Virus record (IMG/VR): IMGVR_UViG_3300037349_000242
Span: 1-47,498 of that record
Length of the DNA stretch: 47,498 bases
From: a virus
Lineage: Duplodnaviria > Caudoviricetes
Strand: one strand, 5' to 3'
Position 1 is the stretch's first letter; every line of letters begins with the position of its first letter. The notes under the pieces are model-generated. The model did no database searches. It saw nothing but the letters and a program-made list of their open reading frames with translations, and was not told the origin of the DNA. Of the stretch, positions 1-8,932 are shown in pieces. Both the position numbers and the translations under genes were made by a program.

Positions 1-2
1 TC

Positions 3-290
3 AAAGCCCGCGTCGCCGAACTGCGCGCTCCCGCGCTCGCCGAAGTGCAGAAGCAGATCGACATCAGCATCGCGTGGGCCGCGCAAAAACTGGCGGCAAT
101 CGCGAACTACGATCTCGGCATGGATGCGGCGAAGGTGAGCGACCAGATTTCCGCGCTGACACTGCTGGCAAAGATGAACGGATGGCTCGCGCCCGAGAAA
201 CTTGAACATGGATTCAGCGGCCTCGGAGATCGTCTCGAAAAGGTTTTCGCAAGAGGACATGCAGGCGGCCATCGCGGCGAAACACCGTAG
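3..290 (+). CDS. Terminase small subunit, C-terminal part (5' truncated by the window)
   Basis: Frame is open from position 3 (KARVAELRAP...ALTLLAKMNGW...EKLEH). It overlaps the start of the large terminase. The ALxLLAK and EKxEH patterns are typical of TerS C-termini. Confidence 0.75.
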   Translation, partial: KARVAELRAPALAEVQKQIDISIAWAAQKLAAIANYDLGMDAAKVSDQISALTLLAKMNGWLAPEKLEHGFSGLGDRLEKVFARGHAGGHRGETP

Positions 291-1743
291 AGACCCGCTC
301 GGCTTCGTGCTCGATGCCTATCCGTGGGGCGAGCCCGGTACGCCACTCGCCAATCATCCCGGACCCGACGTCTGGCAGCGGGAAATCCTCGAATACATCC
401 GCGACAATCTCGGCACGGGAAGGCCGCTGAGGATTGCGGTCGCGGGAGGTGTGGGCCCCGGCAAGTCCGCGCTGATGGCGTGGATCGTCAACTGGGGCAT
501 GGTGACCTGCGTCGATACGAGATGCCGCGTTACCGCCAATACCGGGCCGCAGATCACCACGGCGACGTGGCCGGAAATCACCAAGTGGCACCGGATGTCG
601 CTGTTCGCCGACTGGTTCGAGGCCGGCGATCGCAGGCTTCGCTCCAACGACCCGGCGCGAAAAGACAGCTGGCGCTGCGACGCCATCACCTGGGACGAGC
701 ACCGGCCGGAAGCGTTTGCCGGATTCCACAATGCCGGACGAAGGATCATTTACGGCTTCGATGAGTCCGCGGGTATTGCCGATCCGATCTTCAAAGAATC
801 CGAAGGCATCCTGTCCGGCTCCGAAGACACCGAGATCATCTGGCTCTGCCTCGGCAACCCGACCCGTACCGACACGACGTTCCGGACGTTCTTTGCCGGC
901 GGCAAGAATGCACATCTGTGGAAAGCCTGGCATATCGATACCCGCGCCGCGCGGATGTCGGACAAGGCGCAGATCGCGGAGTGGATCGAAAGCTACGGGT
1001 TCGATTCGGACTTCGTTCGCGTTCGCGTGCTGTCGCAGTTTCCCCGCGCGGGAGCGACGCAGTTCATCTCGAGCGAGCTTGTGGCCGGCGCCGCAGACCC
1101 CAAGCGCGACGAAGACGTTACGCTGAATGATCCGCTGGTGCTCGGCGTCGACGTGGCGCGCTTCGGCGATGACAAGACGGTGTTCCGGTTTCGTCGCGGC
1201 CGTGACGCGCGTTCGATCAAGCCGGTCAAGTTCCGCGGGCTCGACACAATGCAGGTCGCCGCACGCGTTGCGGAGGCTTACGAGCGCTGGAAGCCGGACG
1301 CGATCTTTATCGACAATGGCGGGTTCGGTGCAGGCGTGGTCGACCGCTGCAACTATCTCAAGCTGCCGGTGACAGGCATCGACTTCGGCGGCAGGCCGGA
1401 CCGCGAGATTCAGGGCCGCGAGCAGGGCATCTGGTATTTCAACAAGCGCGCCGAAATGTGGGGCACGCTGCGCGACTGGCTTTCCGGCGGCATGATCGAC
1501 CCCGATCCTGAGCTGGCATCGGATCTTCCCGCGGTCGAGTACGGCTATGCGATGCGCGACAGCCGCGACTGTATCGTGCTCGAAAAGAAAGAGCACATGA
1601 AAGCCCGTGGATTGTCGTCGCCGGACGACGGCGATGCGCTGGCGCTGACGTTCGCGCATCCGGTTGCGCCGACGCCGCAGGGCTACAAATACGCCGGCCA
1701 GTCCGGGCAGTATGAATCGGACTACGATCCGATACCATTGTGA
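259..1743 (+). CDS. terL: Terminase large subunit
   Basis: Walker A GGVGPGKS, Walker B IIYGFDES, coupling motif GNPT, RNase H-like nuclease motifs LGVDVARFGDD and SPDDGDALALTF. AGAGGA precedes ATG 259; the ORF is open from 202. Confidence 0.95.
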   Translation: MQAAIAAKHRRDPLGFVLDAYPWGEPGTPLANHPGPDVWQREILEYIRDNLGTGRPLRIAVAGGVGPGKSALMAWIVNWGMVTCVDTRCRVTANTGPQITTATWPEITKWHRMSLFADWFEAGDRRLRSNDPARKDSWRCDAITWDEHRPEAFAGFHNAGRRIIYGFDESAGIADPIFKESEGILSGSEDTEIIWLCLGNPTRTDTTFRTFFAGGKNAHLWKAWHIDTRAARMSDKAQIAEWIESYGFDSDFVRVRVLSQFPRAGATQFISSELVAGAADPKRDEDVTLNDPLVLGVDVARFGDDKTVFRFRRGRDARSIKPVKFRGLDTMQVAARVAEAYERWKPDAIFIDNGGFGAGVVDRCNYLKLPVTGIDFGGRPDREIQGREQGIWYFNKRAEMWGTLRDWLSGGMIDPDPELASDLPAVEYGYAMRDSRDCIVLEKKEHMKARGLSSPDDGDALALTFAHPVAPTPQGYKYAGQSGQYESDYDPIPL

Positions 1744-1753
1744 GGCCGGTGTT

Positions 1754-2002
1754 ATGAAAACTTCGCGGCGCGGCATATTCGGATTGTTCGGTGCATTGGT
1801 GGCTGCTCCAGTTGTGGCACATCTGCCTGTGCCACCGGCGGCGGCAATCGAGCCAATTGCGCCGCCGGTGGCGCGCCCGCGCGTCATCCGTGTGAAAATG
1901 GACGTTAAGGCTATCAGGGACCGCAACGTGCTGTTGACCCCGACGGATTACGCGGGACGCCCGATCGTCAACTGGCGCAGCGTCCCGATCGAGATTGTTT
2001 GA
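1754..2002 (+). CDS. Small protein: twin-arginine-like/hydrophobic N-terminus fused to a copy of a major capsid C-terminal segment
   Basis: Starts MKTSRRGIFGLFGALVAAPVVA. A 27-aa stretch matches capsid 10453-10533 at 25/27 residues. GAGG lies upstream of the ATG. Confidence 0.75.
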   Translation: MKTSRRGIFGLFGALVAAPVVAHLPVPPAAAIEPIAPPVARPRVIRVKMDVKAIRDRNVLLTPTDYAGRPIVNWRSVPIEIV

Positions 2003-2181
2003 CTGAAGACCGCCGGTTGCTGATCGAAGCTTTGCGCGAACGCTTCGGCCGCAAGGTGCAGCACTTCGAAGGCGTCTGGTACTTCGACGGCTGGCTGCTC
2101 AATATCGAAAAGCTCGAAGCGGATTACAAAACATGGTGCGACAGTGAGCGACGTTCGCGCGGTGTTTCGTCAGGGTCGTGA
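1999..2181 (+). CDS. Hypothetical protein (60 aa)
   Basis: TTG start overlaps the upstream stop (TTGA); codon usage resembles the rest of the operon. Confidence 0.55.
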   Translation: MTEDRRLLIEALRERFGRKVQHFEGVWYFDGWLLNIEKLEADYKTWCDSERRSRGVSSGS

Positions 2182-2413
2182 GCAGGCACCACCCGCCGAC
2201 GGCGCGCCGCGTGATCCCGCGTCACGGCAGCAAATCGCCGAATTCCTCGATGCGAAGCTGGCGCGCCCGCTGTTCGTAGCTCCGACCGACCGGCTGAGGC
2301 AGATCGAAAACGGTCTCCAGACGATGACGATACCGGAGCGGGTGTTCATCGAACTCGAAATGAATTCCCGCCAGCGCAACATGCATTCGTCCGACTACGA
2401 TCCGCTTCGTTGA
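2144..2413 (+). CDS. Hypothetical protein ending in SDYDPLR, similar to the TerL C-terminal tail
   Basis: GTG start, normal codon usage. C-terminus HSSDYDPLR versus TerL YESDYDPIPL. Confidence 0.6.
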   Translation: MSDVRAVFRQGREQAPPADGAPRDPASRQQIAEFLDAKLARPLFVAPTDRLRQIENGLQTMTIPERVFIELEMNSRQRNMHSSDYDPLR

Positions 2414-2422
2414 GGTGAGACA

Positions 2423-2638
2423 ATGCGTTTGGCGCTGATCTTCGCATCGCTGATGTTCGTCGCTTTCGTCGTTGCCACAGCGATGCGTGAGACGCCGCGT
2501 CCGATGGTGGCCGAAGACGTTGTTTGCGAAGGCAATGGCGGCATCACTCGCATCAAGCCTGGTTACTACAGCGACGCTCAAGCGATGTGGGACAAATGCG
2601 GTTTCTATGTCGGGCCGATTGTTTTCGGAAGGCCGTGA
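2423..2638 (+). CDS. Small protein with N-terminal transmembrane/signal segment and two Cys
   Basis: GAGGTG RBS; starts MRLALIFASLMFVAFVVATA. Confidence 0.65.
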   Translation: MRLALIFASLMFVAFVVATAMRETPRPMVAEDVVCEGNGGITRIKPGYYSDAQAMWDKCGFYVGPIVFGRP

Positions 2639-2641
2639 CGG

Positions 2642-2875
2642 ATGGGCCTGTTCTCCGCACCAGCAGCACCCGCCGTTCCGCCGCCGCCTCCGCTGCCTCC
2701 CGCAGCGCCGCCGCCGACGATCGCGTCGGGCAGCGTGCAGCAGGCCGGCGCTTCGTCGAAGGCCAAGAGCGCGATTGCCGCAGGTGCAGGCTTTAACGGC
2801 ACGGACCTGACCGGCGGGCAGGGCGTTGGCGCGGGGCCAGCGGCGAAGGCCGTGGCGATCGGGTCGACAAGCTGA
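2642..2875 (+). CDS. Small Pro/Ala/Gly-rich virion assembly protein (pre-portal, gp7.3-like position)
   Basis: MGLFSAP...PPPPP...LTGGQG pattern and a position just before the portal, as in many podoviruses. Confidence 0.65.
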   Translation: MGLFSAPAAPAVPPPPPLPPAAPPPTIASGSVQQAGASSKAKSAIAAGAGFNGTDLTGGQGVGAGPAAKAVAIGSTS

Positions 2876-2883
2876 AATGTTAT

Positions 2884-2910
2884 TTGACCTCATGACTCGG
2901 GTGTGATTCA
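2884..2910 (+). promoter_or_regulatory. Putative promoter of HNH gene 1 (TTGACC-N14-TGATTCA)
   Basis: AT-rich intergenic stretch; same architecture and spacing as 8898-8924. Confidence 0.4.
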
Positions 2911-2917
2911 AAATCAT

Positions 2918-3547
2918 ATGATTGCACCTCCAAATTATAGCGATCTGACAGGTCGACGGTTTGGGCGCCTCATCGTTGAAAGGCGAACAGGCGGCGGCCA
3001 TCGCGGCGCGTTGTGGTACTGCAAATGCGACTGCGGCGGAGCGATTGAATGTTACGCCTCGCGTCTTCTTCGTCACACCGGAGTATTTGGTTGCCGGGAC
3101 TGCGAATATGAGCGACGGGGCGCGTCTCATCTGCGGCATGGTCACTCGCGCAAGGGAAAGACCACGCATCTCTATTCAGTCTGGCGCGGCATGATCAGCC
3201 GATGCACGCACGGCGGTGACGCTAGCTACAAGGGCTACGGCGGTCGCGGCATCAGAGTCTGTGCAGAGTGGATGGCGTTCGAGAATTTCAGAGACTGGGC
3301 GTTAGCACATGATTACGCGCCATCCCTGTCAATCGAGCGGGTTGATCCTGATGGCAATTATTGTCCGGCGAATTGCGAATGGATCACGCTCAGCGAGAAC
3401 AAGCGGCGTATATGGACGGCTCGCCCTGCTGACGTGATTAGGCGTCGGCGCATCGAAAATCAGAAGAAAAGAAAACAGACGTTGCGGCTAAAAGCCGAGC
3501 AATCATTCGCCATACACGCTGCAGCAACGCTTTCTTTCGGCTGCTGA
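2918..3547 (+). CDS. Free-standing HNH-type homing endonuclease with N-terminal Zn-binding motif
   Basis: DLTGRRFGRL, WYCKCDCG, LYSVWRGMISRC, YGGRGIRVCAEW and SIERVDPDGNYCPANCEW motifs; more AT-rich codons than its neighbours. Confidence 0.85.
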   Translation: MIAPPNYSDLTGRRFGRLIVERRTGGGHRGALWYCKCDCGGAIECYASRLLRHTGVFGCRDCEYERRGASHLRHGHSRKGKTTHLYSVWRGMISRCTHGGDASYKGYGGRGIRVCAEWMAFENFRDWALAHDYAPSLSIERVDPDGNYCPANCEWITLSENKRRIWTARPADVIRRRRIENQKKRKQTLRLKAEQSFAIHAAATLSFGC

Positions 3548-3556
3548 TAATCAAAA

Positions 3557-5401
3557 ATGTTGAACAGCGAAGCCATCGCTCATTACGAGCTTGCGAGCGC
3601 GTCTCTGTTGGCTCAAGCGCCCGCTGCTGCCAAACAGGCGTGGTACGCAGAGCGCGATAATAAAGGGTGGGAAGAATTTAGGCTTGAGTGCGAACAACGG
3701 CTTTATGCTCTCCGGTCCTGGAGACTCTCCTGGTGGGCGCACTGGGCGAAGCTCGCGGAAGGAATACTCCCCAGGCGGTACCATTGGTTGATCGTGCCGA
3801 ATACGATGACGAGAGGACTCGCCATCAACGGCGCGATCAAAGACCCGACCGGCGCGCAGGCCGTCCGCGTCTGCACCGCCGGCATGCGCTCCGGAATCAT
3901 GTCGTCATCGCGGCCGTGGTTCAAGATCAGGCCGGGACTTCGAAACTTCAAGCCGGACCGCGACGGCGAACTGTGGTTCGAAATGGTCGAGGACCGCATC
4001 TACCGCGTGTTCTCCGGATCGAACTATTACCAGTCCGCGACGCAGATGTTCGAAGACCTCGTCGTGTTCGGCACCGCGCCGAAACTGATGTACGAGGACC
4101 GCGAAGAAATCATCCGCTGCTACAATCCGTGCGCGGGCGAATACTATCTCGGCGCAGGTTCGGACTTCCGGATCAATTCGTTCTACCGCACCTTCGTGCT
4201 GACCGTGATCCAGTGCGTGCAGATGTTCGGTTTGCAGAATTGCACGGATGAGATCCGGCGGCTGTGGGAGAACAAGGGCGCGGGCCTCGAAACCGAAGTC
4301 ATCGTCGCGCACGCGATCGAGCCGAACTTCGCCGCCGAAATGCCGGGACAGATGAAGAATCTCGGGGTTGTTCCGGGCAACTTCACCTACCGCGAATACT
4401 ACTGGGTGTGGGGCCAGCACTCGACGCAGCCTTTGTCCGTGCGAGGCTTTCGCGACAAGCCGTTCATCGCGCCGCGCTGGGCAACGACCTCGAACGATGC
4501 CTACGGTCGTTCCCCTGGCATGGACGCGCTGCCGGACATTCTGCAGCTGCATCTGATGACGGTGCGGCAGGCCGAAGCGATCGACAAGATGGTCCGGCCG
4601 CCGATGCTGGCGAGCGTGTCGCTCAAAAACCAGCCGTCCTCGATCCTGCCCGGCAAGGTGACTTACGTCGCCGACATGAATCAGGGCATGAAATCGATCT
4701 ACGACATCAAGCTCGACATCGAGCATATGTCGGCGCTGATCGAGAAGATCGAAGGCCGGGTGCAGAAGTGGTTCTTCAACGACCTGTTCCAGATGATGGA
4801 AAATCTGGAAGGCGTGCAGCCGCGCAACGAACTTGAGATCGCCGAACGCCGTGGTGAAAAGCTCCAGGTGCTCGGTCCGGTGGTCGAGGGCATCGAGAAC
4901 GAACTCGCCGCCGACATCCGCCGCGTCATCCAGATCATGGGACGCCGGGGCCTGCTGCCGCCGAAGCCGCGCAGCCTGATGGGCATTCCGCTGGAGATCG
5001 AGTTCGACTCGATGATCGCGGTCGCACAGCGGGCCGCAGAAACCGCGTCGATGGAACGCGGCATGCAGGTGATCACGCAGTTGAACGCCGCCTATCCGCA
5101 GGAAGCGCCGGCCGACAACGTCGACAAGGACGAATGGTGGCGCGAATACGCGGAGAAATCGAACTTCCCGGTCAAGGCGCAGCGCAGCGAAGACCAGGTC
5201 GCGCAAATCCGTCAGGGCAGGGCCAAGGCCAATGCCGAAGCCGCGAAACAGGCGCAGGCTGCGCAGGCACTGACGCACACCGCTCCGGCAGTTGCCAAGG
5301 CCGCGAAGGACGCGAGCGAGATCGACGTCGGCGGGGCATTGAATGCGCTGCAGGTCGCGGGCGGACAGGGCGGATCGGGCGTCGGCGGCCTCCTGCAATA
5401 A
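3557..5401 (+). CDS. Portal (head-tail connector) protein
   Basis: 614 aa; SRPWF, DLVVFGTA, YGRSPGMDALPDI, EIAERRGEKLQVLGPV and LEIEFDS motifs of T7/epsilon15-type portals. Confidence 0.93.
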   Translation: MLNSEAIAHYELASASLLAQAPAAAKQAWYAERDNKGWEEFRLECEQRLYALRSWRLSWWAHWAKLAEGILPRRYHWLIVPNTMTRGLAINGAIKDPTGAQAVRVCTAGMRSGIMSSSRPWFKIRPGLRNFKPDRDGELWFEMVEDRIYRVFSGSNYYQSATQMFEDLVVFGTAPKLMYEDREEIIRCYNPCAGEYYLGAGSDFRINSFYRTFVLTVIQCVQMFGLQNCTDEIRRLWENKGAGLETEVIVAHAIEPNFAAEMPGQMKNLGVVPGNFTYREYYWVWGQHSTQPLSVRGFRDKPFIAPRWATTSNDAYGRSPGMDALPDILQLHLMTVRQAEAIDKMVRPPMLASVSLKNQPSSILPGKVTYVADMNQGMKSIYDIKLDIEHMSALIEKIEGRVQKWFFNDLFQMMENLEGVQPRNELEIAERRGEKLQVLGPVVEGIENELAADIRRVIQIMGRRGLLPPKPRSLMGIPLEIEFDSMIAVAQRAAETASMERGMQVITQLNAAYPQEAPADNVDKDEWWREYAEKSNFPVKAQRSEDQVAQIRQGRAKANAEAAKQAQAAQALTHTAPAVAKAAKDASEIDVGGALNALQVAGGQGGSGVGGLLQ

Positions 5402-5426
5402 TCAGCAACGGAACGGAGCGGACGCG

Positions 5427-5681
5427 ATGTGCTTCAGCGTGGAATGGATCGAACAGCTTCTGGTCTGGGCGGTCATCATCATTGCGATCATCTCGATCCT
5501 GAAACTGCTGGTGCCGTGGATACTCGGCCAGCTTGGCGCCGGCGGCGGCATCATCGCACAGGTCATCAACATCCTGTTCTGGGCGATCATCTGCATTTTC
5601 GTGATCTATATCTGCTTCGCGGTGATCGCGTGCCTGCTGTCGGCGGGCGGTCATCTGTCGTTGCTGCCGCATCGTTATTGA
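5427..5681 (+). CDS. Small integral membrane protein (2 TM)
   Basis: GGAG RBS; two long hydrophobic helices joined by a Gly-rich loop. Confidence 0.75.
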   Translation: MCFSVEWIEQLLVWAVIIIAIISILKLLVPWILGQLGAGGGIIAQVINILFWAIICIFVIYICFAVIACLLSAGGHLSLLPHRY

Positions 5682-5689
5682 GCCGTCCC

Positions 5690-6229
5690 GTGACCGAAAT
5701 CACCGGCCCGGACGGGCGACCGGCTGCAGAGCCCGAACAGAAGATCGAAGTCGACGCCCACGGCGATCCGGTCCGTCAGGGTTCGCTGATGGATGAACGG
5801 CAGAGCTACGAGCGCGTGATCGAAGGCTTGAAGATGATTTCGGATGCCTGCGCGCATCTGCTCAAGTACGAACCGGAGAACGCCGATTACTGGCGCGGCC
5901 ACATGACGCGGTGGGACAAGGCGCGTCGCATCGTGGTGCAGTATGCCGGGCTCGGCCTCGCGATGAAGGAAAAGGAAACCGGCGAGGTGCGCGGCGATCC
6001 GATGCCGTGGCGCAAATGCCGGGAGCGTTTTCTCGAAGGTGTGGTGCAGGCAGCGGGCGGCTGCCGCCAGCTTGCGACCTGCCATCGCGGCGATCTGTGG
6101 TGGACCCAGATGGCCGGCACGCTCGACGAACTCGCCCGCAAGCTTCGCGGCATGCAGGCGCTGGCAAAGCGTCAGGCATTGATGCGGCAGCACGGTCTGC
6201 TGCTGCCGACGGGTTATACGAGGCACTGA
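5690..6229 (+). CDS. Hypothetical helical protein with an internal duplication
   Basis: Start taken as GTG 5690. ERVIEGLKMISDACAHL resembles ERFLEGVVQAAGGCRQL. Confidence 0.65.
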   Translation: MTEITGPDGRPAAEPEQKIEVDAHGDPVRQGSLMDERQSYERVIEGLKMISDACAHLLKYEPENADYWRGHMTRWDKARRIVVQYAGLGLAMKEKETGEVRGDPMPWRKCRERFLEGVVQAAGGCRQLATCHRGDLWWTQMAGTLDELARKLRGMQALAKRQALMRQHGLLLPTGYTRH

Positions 6230-6243
6230 CCAGTCATTTCATC

Positions 6244-6356
6244 CCCGTGCAGCAACGCGGGTCAAGCGCGATGGGTCTCGAATAAACGGGCTCCATCGTC
6301 CCCGGGAGGGTGAAAAACCCTGCCGGTTTATCGCGCGCCGGTCGTTGCTGCCCGGG
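6244..6356 (+). ncRNA. Candidate structured RNA element or leader (multi-stem)
   Basis: 6244-6257 pairs with 6343-6356 (13/14 bp); 6266-6272 pairs with 6330-6336; inner hairpins include AGGGT-GAAAA-ACCCT. Confidence 0.4.
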
Positions 6357-6374
6357 CGACGGTGGAGACTGCAA

Positions 6375-6782
6375 ATGGCTTTGACGGACGGCGAAGGCAA
6401 CGAACTGACCGCAATCGGCGGCATGAACAACGTGAAACCGCAGCCGGGGCAGCCTGGCGGACCGCCTCTCGCGGAGGGCAGATGGGTCGGCCCGACAGGC
6501 GACCAGAAACCCCCGTCGGAGCATCAGGAATACTACGGCGCTGGAATGGTCGGCGTCCGTGCGCCGGGCGCGAGTGCCAAACCGGTCGCCCAGCTGGTCA
6601 CTACGAAGCCGGACGCTGAAGTCGCCGCAGAATTCAAGAAGCGGATGATCGAGGTCGGCGCTCCCATTACGGCGCTGTTTGACGAAATCCGCGCTGCGGG
6701 GTTTCAGGCGCAACTGTCGTGGGGCATGGGACCGCTCGGCAACTTCGTGATCACGCTCTGCAAGGTCGCGAAAGAGTATTGA
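6375..6782 (+). CDS. Hypothetical protein
   Basis: GGAG RBS before ATG 6375; typical codon usage. Confidence 0.7.
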   Translation: MALTDGEGNELTAIGGMNNVKPQPGQPGGPPLAEGRWVGPTGDQKPPSEHQEYYGAGMVGVRAPGASAKPVAQLVTTKPDAEVAAEFKKRMIEVGAPITALFDEIRAAGFQAQLSWGMGPLGNFVITLCKVAKEY

Positions 6783-6783
6783 C

Positions 6784-7170
6784 GTGAAGGATCACGTCCC
6801 CTTCAAGGTCGTCCGCCAGAACGGCATCGTGTGGGTGGACCGTCAGGTCGACGGGGCCTTCCGCAAGGCGCTGATGGACGGCGTTCCCGTGCCGTTGCGC
6901 AGCAAGATGAAAGATGCGCTAGCGGCGACGCCGGACCGCAACACCCGGGCGCATTGCCGGCGGTATTTCGCGGGCGAATTCGAAGCCGTCATCGCCCGCA
7001 TCGCGCCGCTGCTGATCGAGTTGAACCGGTATCTGTCCGAACAGCGTGCGCTGCCTGGCCTGTTCGACTGGCTGGAAATCACCGGGCTCGGCGACGATTA
7101 CCGCATGGTCAAGGCGTTCGATGCGTGGGCGCAGCTGAAAGACGCGCCGAAGCTGGTGCGAAGTGCCTGA
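6784..7170 (+). CDS. Hypothetical protein with a scaffold-like helical motif (paralog of 13908-14270)
   Basis: WLEITGLGDDYRMV resembles WLQATGFGDDKYMA. Confidence 0.7.
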   Translation: MKDHVPFKVVRQNGIVWVDRQVDGAFRKALMDGVPVPLRSKMKDALAATPDRNTRAHCRRYFAGEFEAVIARIAPLLIELNRYLSEQRALPGLFDWLEITGLGDDYRMVKAFDAWAQLKDAPKLVRSA

Positions 7171-7615
7171 CGCACCCGCGTTCGACGCCACCGATCCGGC
7201 CGCAGAGAACAACGCCGAACGCGAAACCCGCCGCAAGCAGCGCGAGGACGCCGACGCGCTGCGGCTTTTGATGCACTCCAAATCGGGCCGCGCGTTTCTG
7301 TACCGCCGGCTGGAACGCTGCCACATCTACTCGACCACGTTTGCGCCCGGACAGCCGGACGTGACCGCCTTCAGTCTCGGCGAGGAAAACGTCGGCAAGC
7401 AGTTGATGACCGAGGCGATGGATGCGTCGCCCGATCTTTATCTGCTGATGATCAGGGAGCAGCGCGAGGACGCCAAACGCCTCGACGACGTGCGCGAGAC
7501 CGAAGCGAAGAAGCGCGACAACGAAGCCAAAGGCCCGACCGCCGAAGAAATGCTGGCGCCGCTGCCGCCGCCGGCCGGCTATCCGGGCGGACCGCCGCTG
7601 CCGAAGAAGAAATGA
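7163..7615 (+). CDS. Bbp19-like head assembly protein
   Basis: LRLLMHSKSGRAFLYRRLERC...TAFSLGEENVG...PDLYLLMIREQ; lies between portal and scaffold. Confidence 0.75.
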   Translation: MPDAPAFDATDPAAENNAERETRRKQREDADALRLLMHSKSGRAFLYRRLERCHIYSTTFAPGQPDVTAFSLGEENVGKQLMTEAMDASPDLYLLMIREQREDAKRLDDVRETEAKKRDNEAKGPTAEEMLAPLPPPAGYPGGPPLPKKK

Positions 7616-7968
7616 AAATTCTAACGCTGTTTCCGCCGAACTACGCGGCGATCAACAGAACCTTCAGGTGCCGCGGCAAGCGCGTGATCTTTTGCTACGG
7701 CGATACGATCTACAATCCGTCGCGCGTGGTCGTTGGCCCCGAACTGATTGCGCACGAGCGCGTGCACAGCGGCCAACAGAACGGCAAGCCGTCCGAATGG
7801 TGGCAGCGGTATATCGACGATCCTGCGTTTCGTCTCAGTCAGGAAATCCCCGCTCACGCGGCTGAATATCGTGTCTCGGGCAGACTTGAAGATGTCGCCC
7901 GCAGATTGTGTTCGCCGCTCTACGGCAACCTGATTTCATTTGAACGCGCTTGCGAAGTCATAAGGTGA
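7612..7968 (+). CDS. Small HExxH zincin-like protein
   Basis: LIAHERVHSGQQ followed by a downstream QE..A motif; ATGA coupling to the upstream gene. Confidence 0.65.
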   Translation: MKILTLFPPNYAAINRTFRCRGKRVIFCYGDTIYNPSRVVVGPELIAHERVHSGQQNGKPSEWWQRYIDDPAFRLSQEIPAHAAEYRVSGRLEDVARRLCSPLYGNLISFERACEVIR

Positions 7969-7971
7969 TCA

Positions 7972-8892
7972 ATGGCCGAAGCCACTCCCGCACCCGCTGC
8001 AACTGATCCCGCCGCAACTCCGGCGGCCGCTACGGACCCTACGCCGGCCGCTGCAGCACCTGCAGCGGCGACGGATTCCGCTTCGACCACATCGGCTGGT
8101 CCGACTTCCACCACCGCGACGGACGCCGCACCCCCATCCACGTCTACGCCGTCCGACGCTGCGGCTGCGGCGGCTGACGCAGGCCCGAAATCCGAACCTT
8201 CGCTGCTCGAAGCGGCTTCGTCAAAGAAGCCCGACGCGAAAACCGATTCCAAAGCGGACGTCAAAGACACCGCCAAGGAAACGCCGGCTCCGGCCGAAGC
8301 AAAGCCCGAACGCGACAAGCCGAAGGACGATGCAAAGGCGACCGACCCGGCAAAGGATGCCACGGCCCAGGCGCCCCCGGCTCCGCTGAAGTACGAAGCG
8401 TTCAAACTCCCCGACACCATCAAGCTCGACGATAAAGAACTCTCGAAGTTCACCGAAATCGTCGGCGCCAAACAACTGCCGCAGGAAGACGCGCAAAAGC
8501 TCATCGACCTCTATGTCGAAGAACACGGGCGCATGCAGCAGGCGATGGCCGAGCATCAGCGTTCGGTGTGGAACAAGCTCAACGACACCTGGAAGACGGA
8601 CACCCGGAAAGAGCTTGGCAACCACGTCGAAACCGATCTCGCCATGGCGAAAGCCGTGATCGAGGAATACGGCGGCACGCCGGAGCAGCAGCGCGAGTAC
8701 ATGGCGCACATTTCCAACAACGGCATGGGCAACTTCGTCGGCCACATCCGTCTGCTTCGCAACATCGGCCGCGCGTTGAACGTGTTCGAAAACAGTGTTG
8801 TTCCGGCCAATCCGTCCCCGCCCAAGCCCGCGAAAACTCCGGGCAACCGCGGCTGGTACGAAAAAACGGGTAACGGCGCAGCCGCGTCGTAA
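7972..8892 (+). CDS. Capsid scaffolding protein
   Basis: Ala/Pro/Thr-rich disordered N-terminus with AATDP repeats; YEAFKLP, QEDAQKLIDLY and NGMGN...IRLLRNIGRAL motifs; upstream of the capsid gene. Confidence 0.85.
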   Translation: MAEATPAPAATDPAATPAAATDPTPAAAAPAAATDSASTTSAGPTSTTATDAAPPSTSTPSDAAAAAADAGPKSEPSLLEAASSKKPDAKTDSKADVKDTAKETPAPAEAKPERDKPKDDAKATDPAKDATAQAPPAPLKYEAFKLPDTIKLDDKELSKFTEIVGAKQLPQEDAQKLIDLYVEEHGRMQQAMAEHQRSVWNKLNDTWKTDTRKELGNHVETDLAMAKAVIEEYGGTPEQQREYMAHISNNGMGNFVGHIRLLRNIGRALNVFENSVVPANPSPPKPAKTPGNRGWYEKTGNGAAAS

Positions 8893-8897
8893 AACAC

Positions 8898-8924
8898 TTG
8901 CATTGTTATTGGTCCCATGATTCA
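8898..8924 (+). promoter_or_regulatory. Putative promoter of HNH gene 2 (TTGCAT-N14-TGATTCA)
   Basis: Matches the architecture at 2884-2910. The ATG follows 8 nt later with no Shine-Dalgarno. Confidence 0.4.
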
Positions 8925-8932
8925 CTTTTTTC

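Noticed and set aside
1999-2181. EGVWYF resembling terminase QGIWYF
   Set aside because: The match is too short to separate from chance.
7981-8400. AATDP/PAA repeats as a CRISPR or DNA repeat array
   Set aside because: This is low-complexity coding sequence of the scaffold N-terminus with no repeat-spacer structure.
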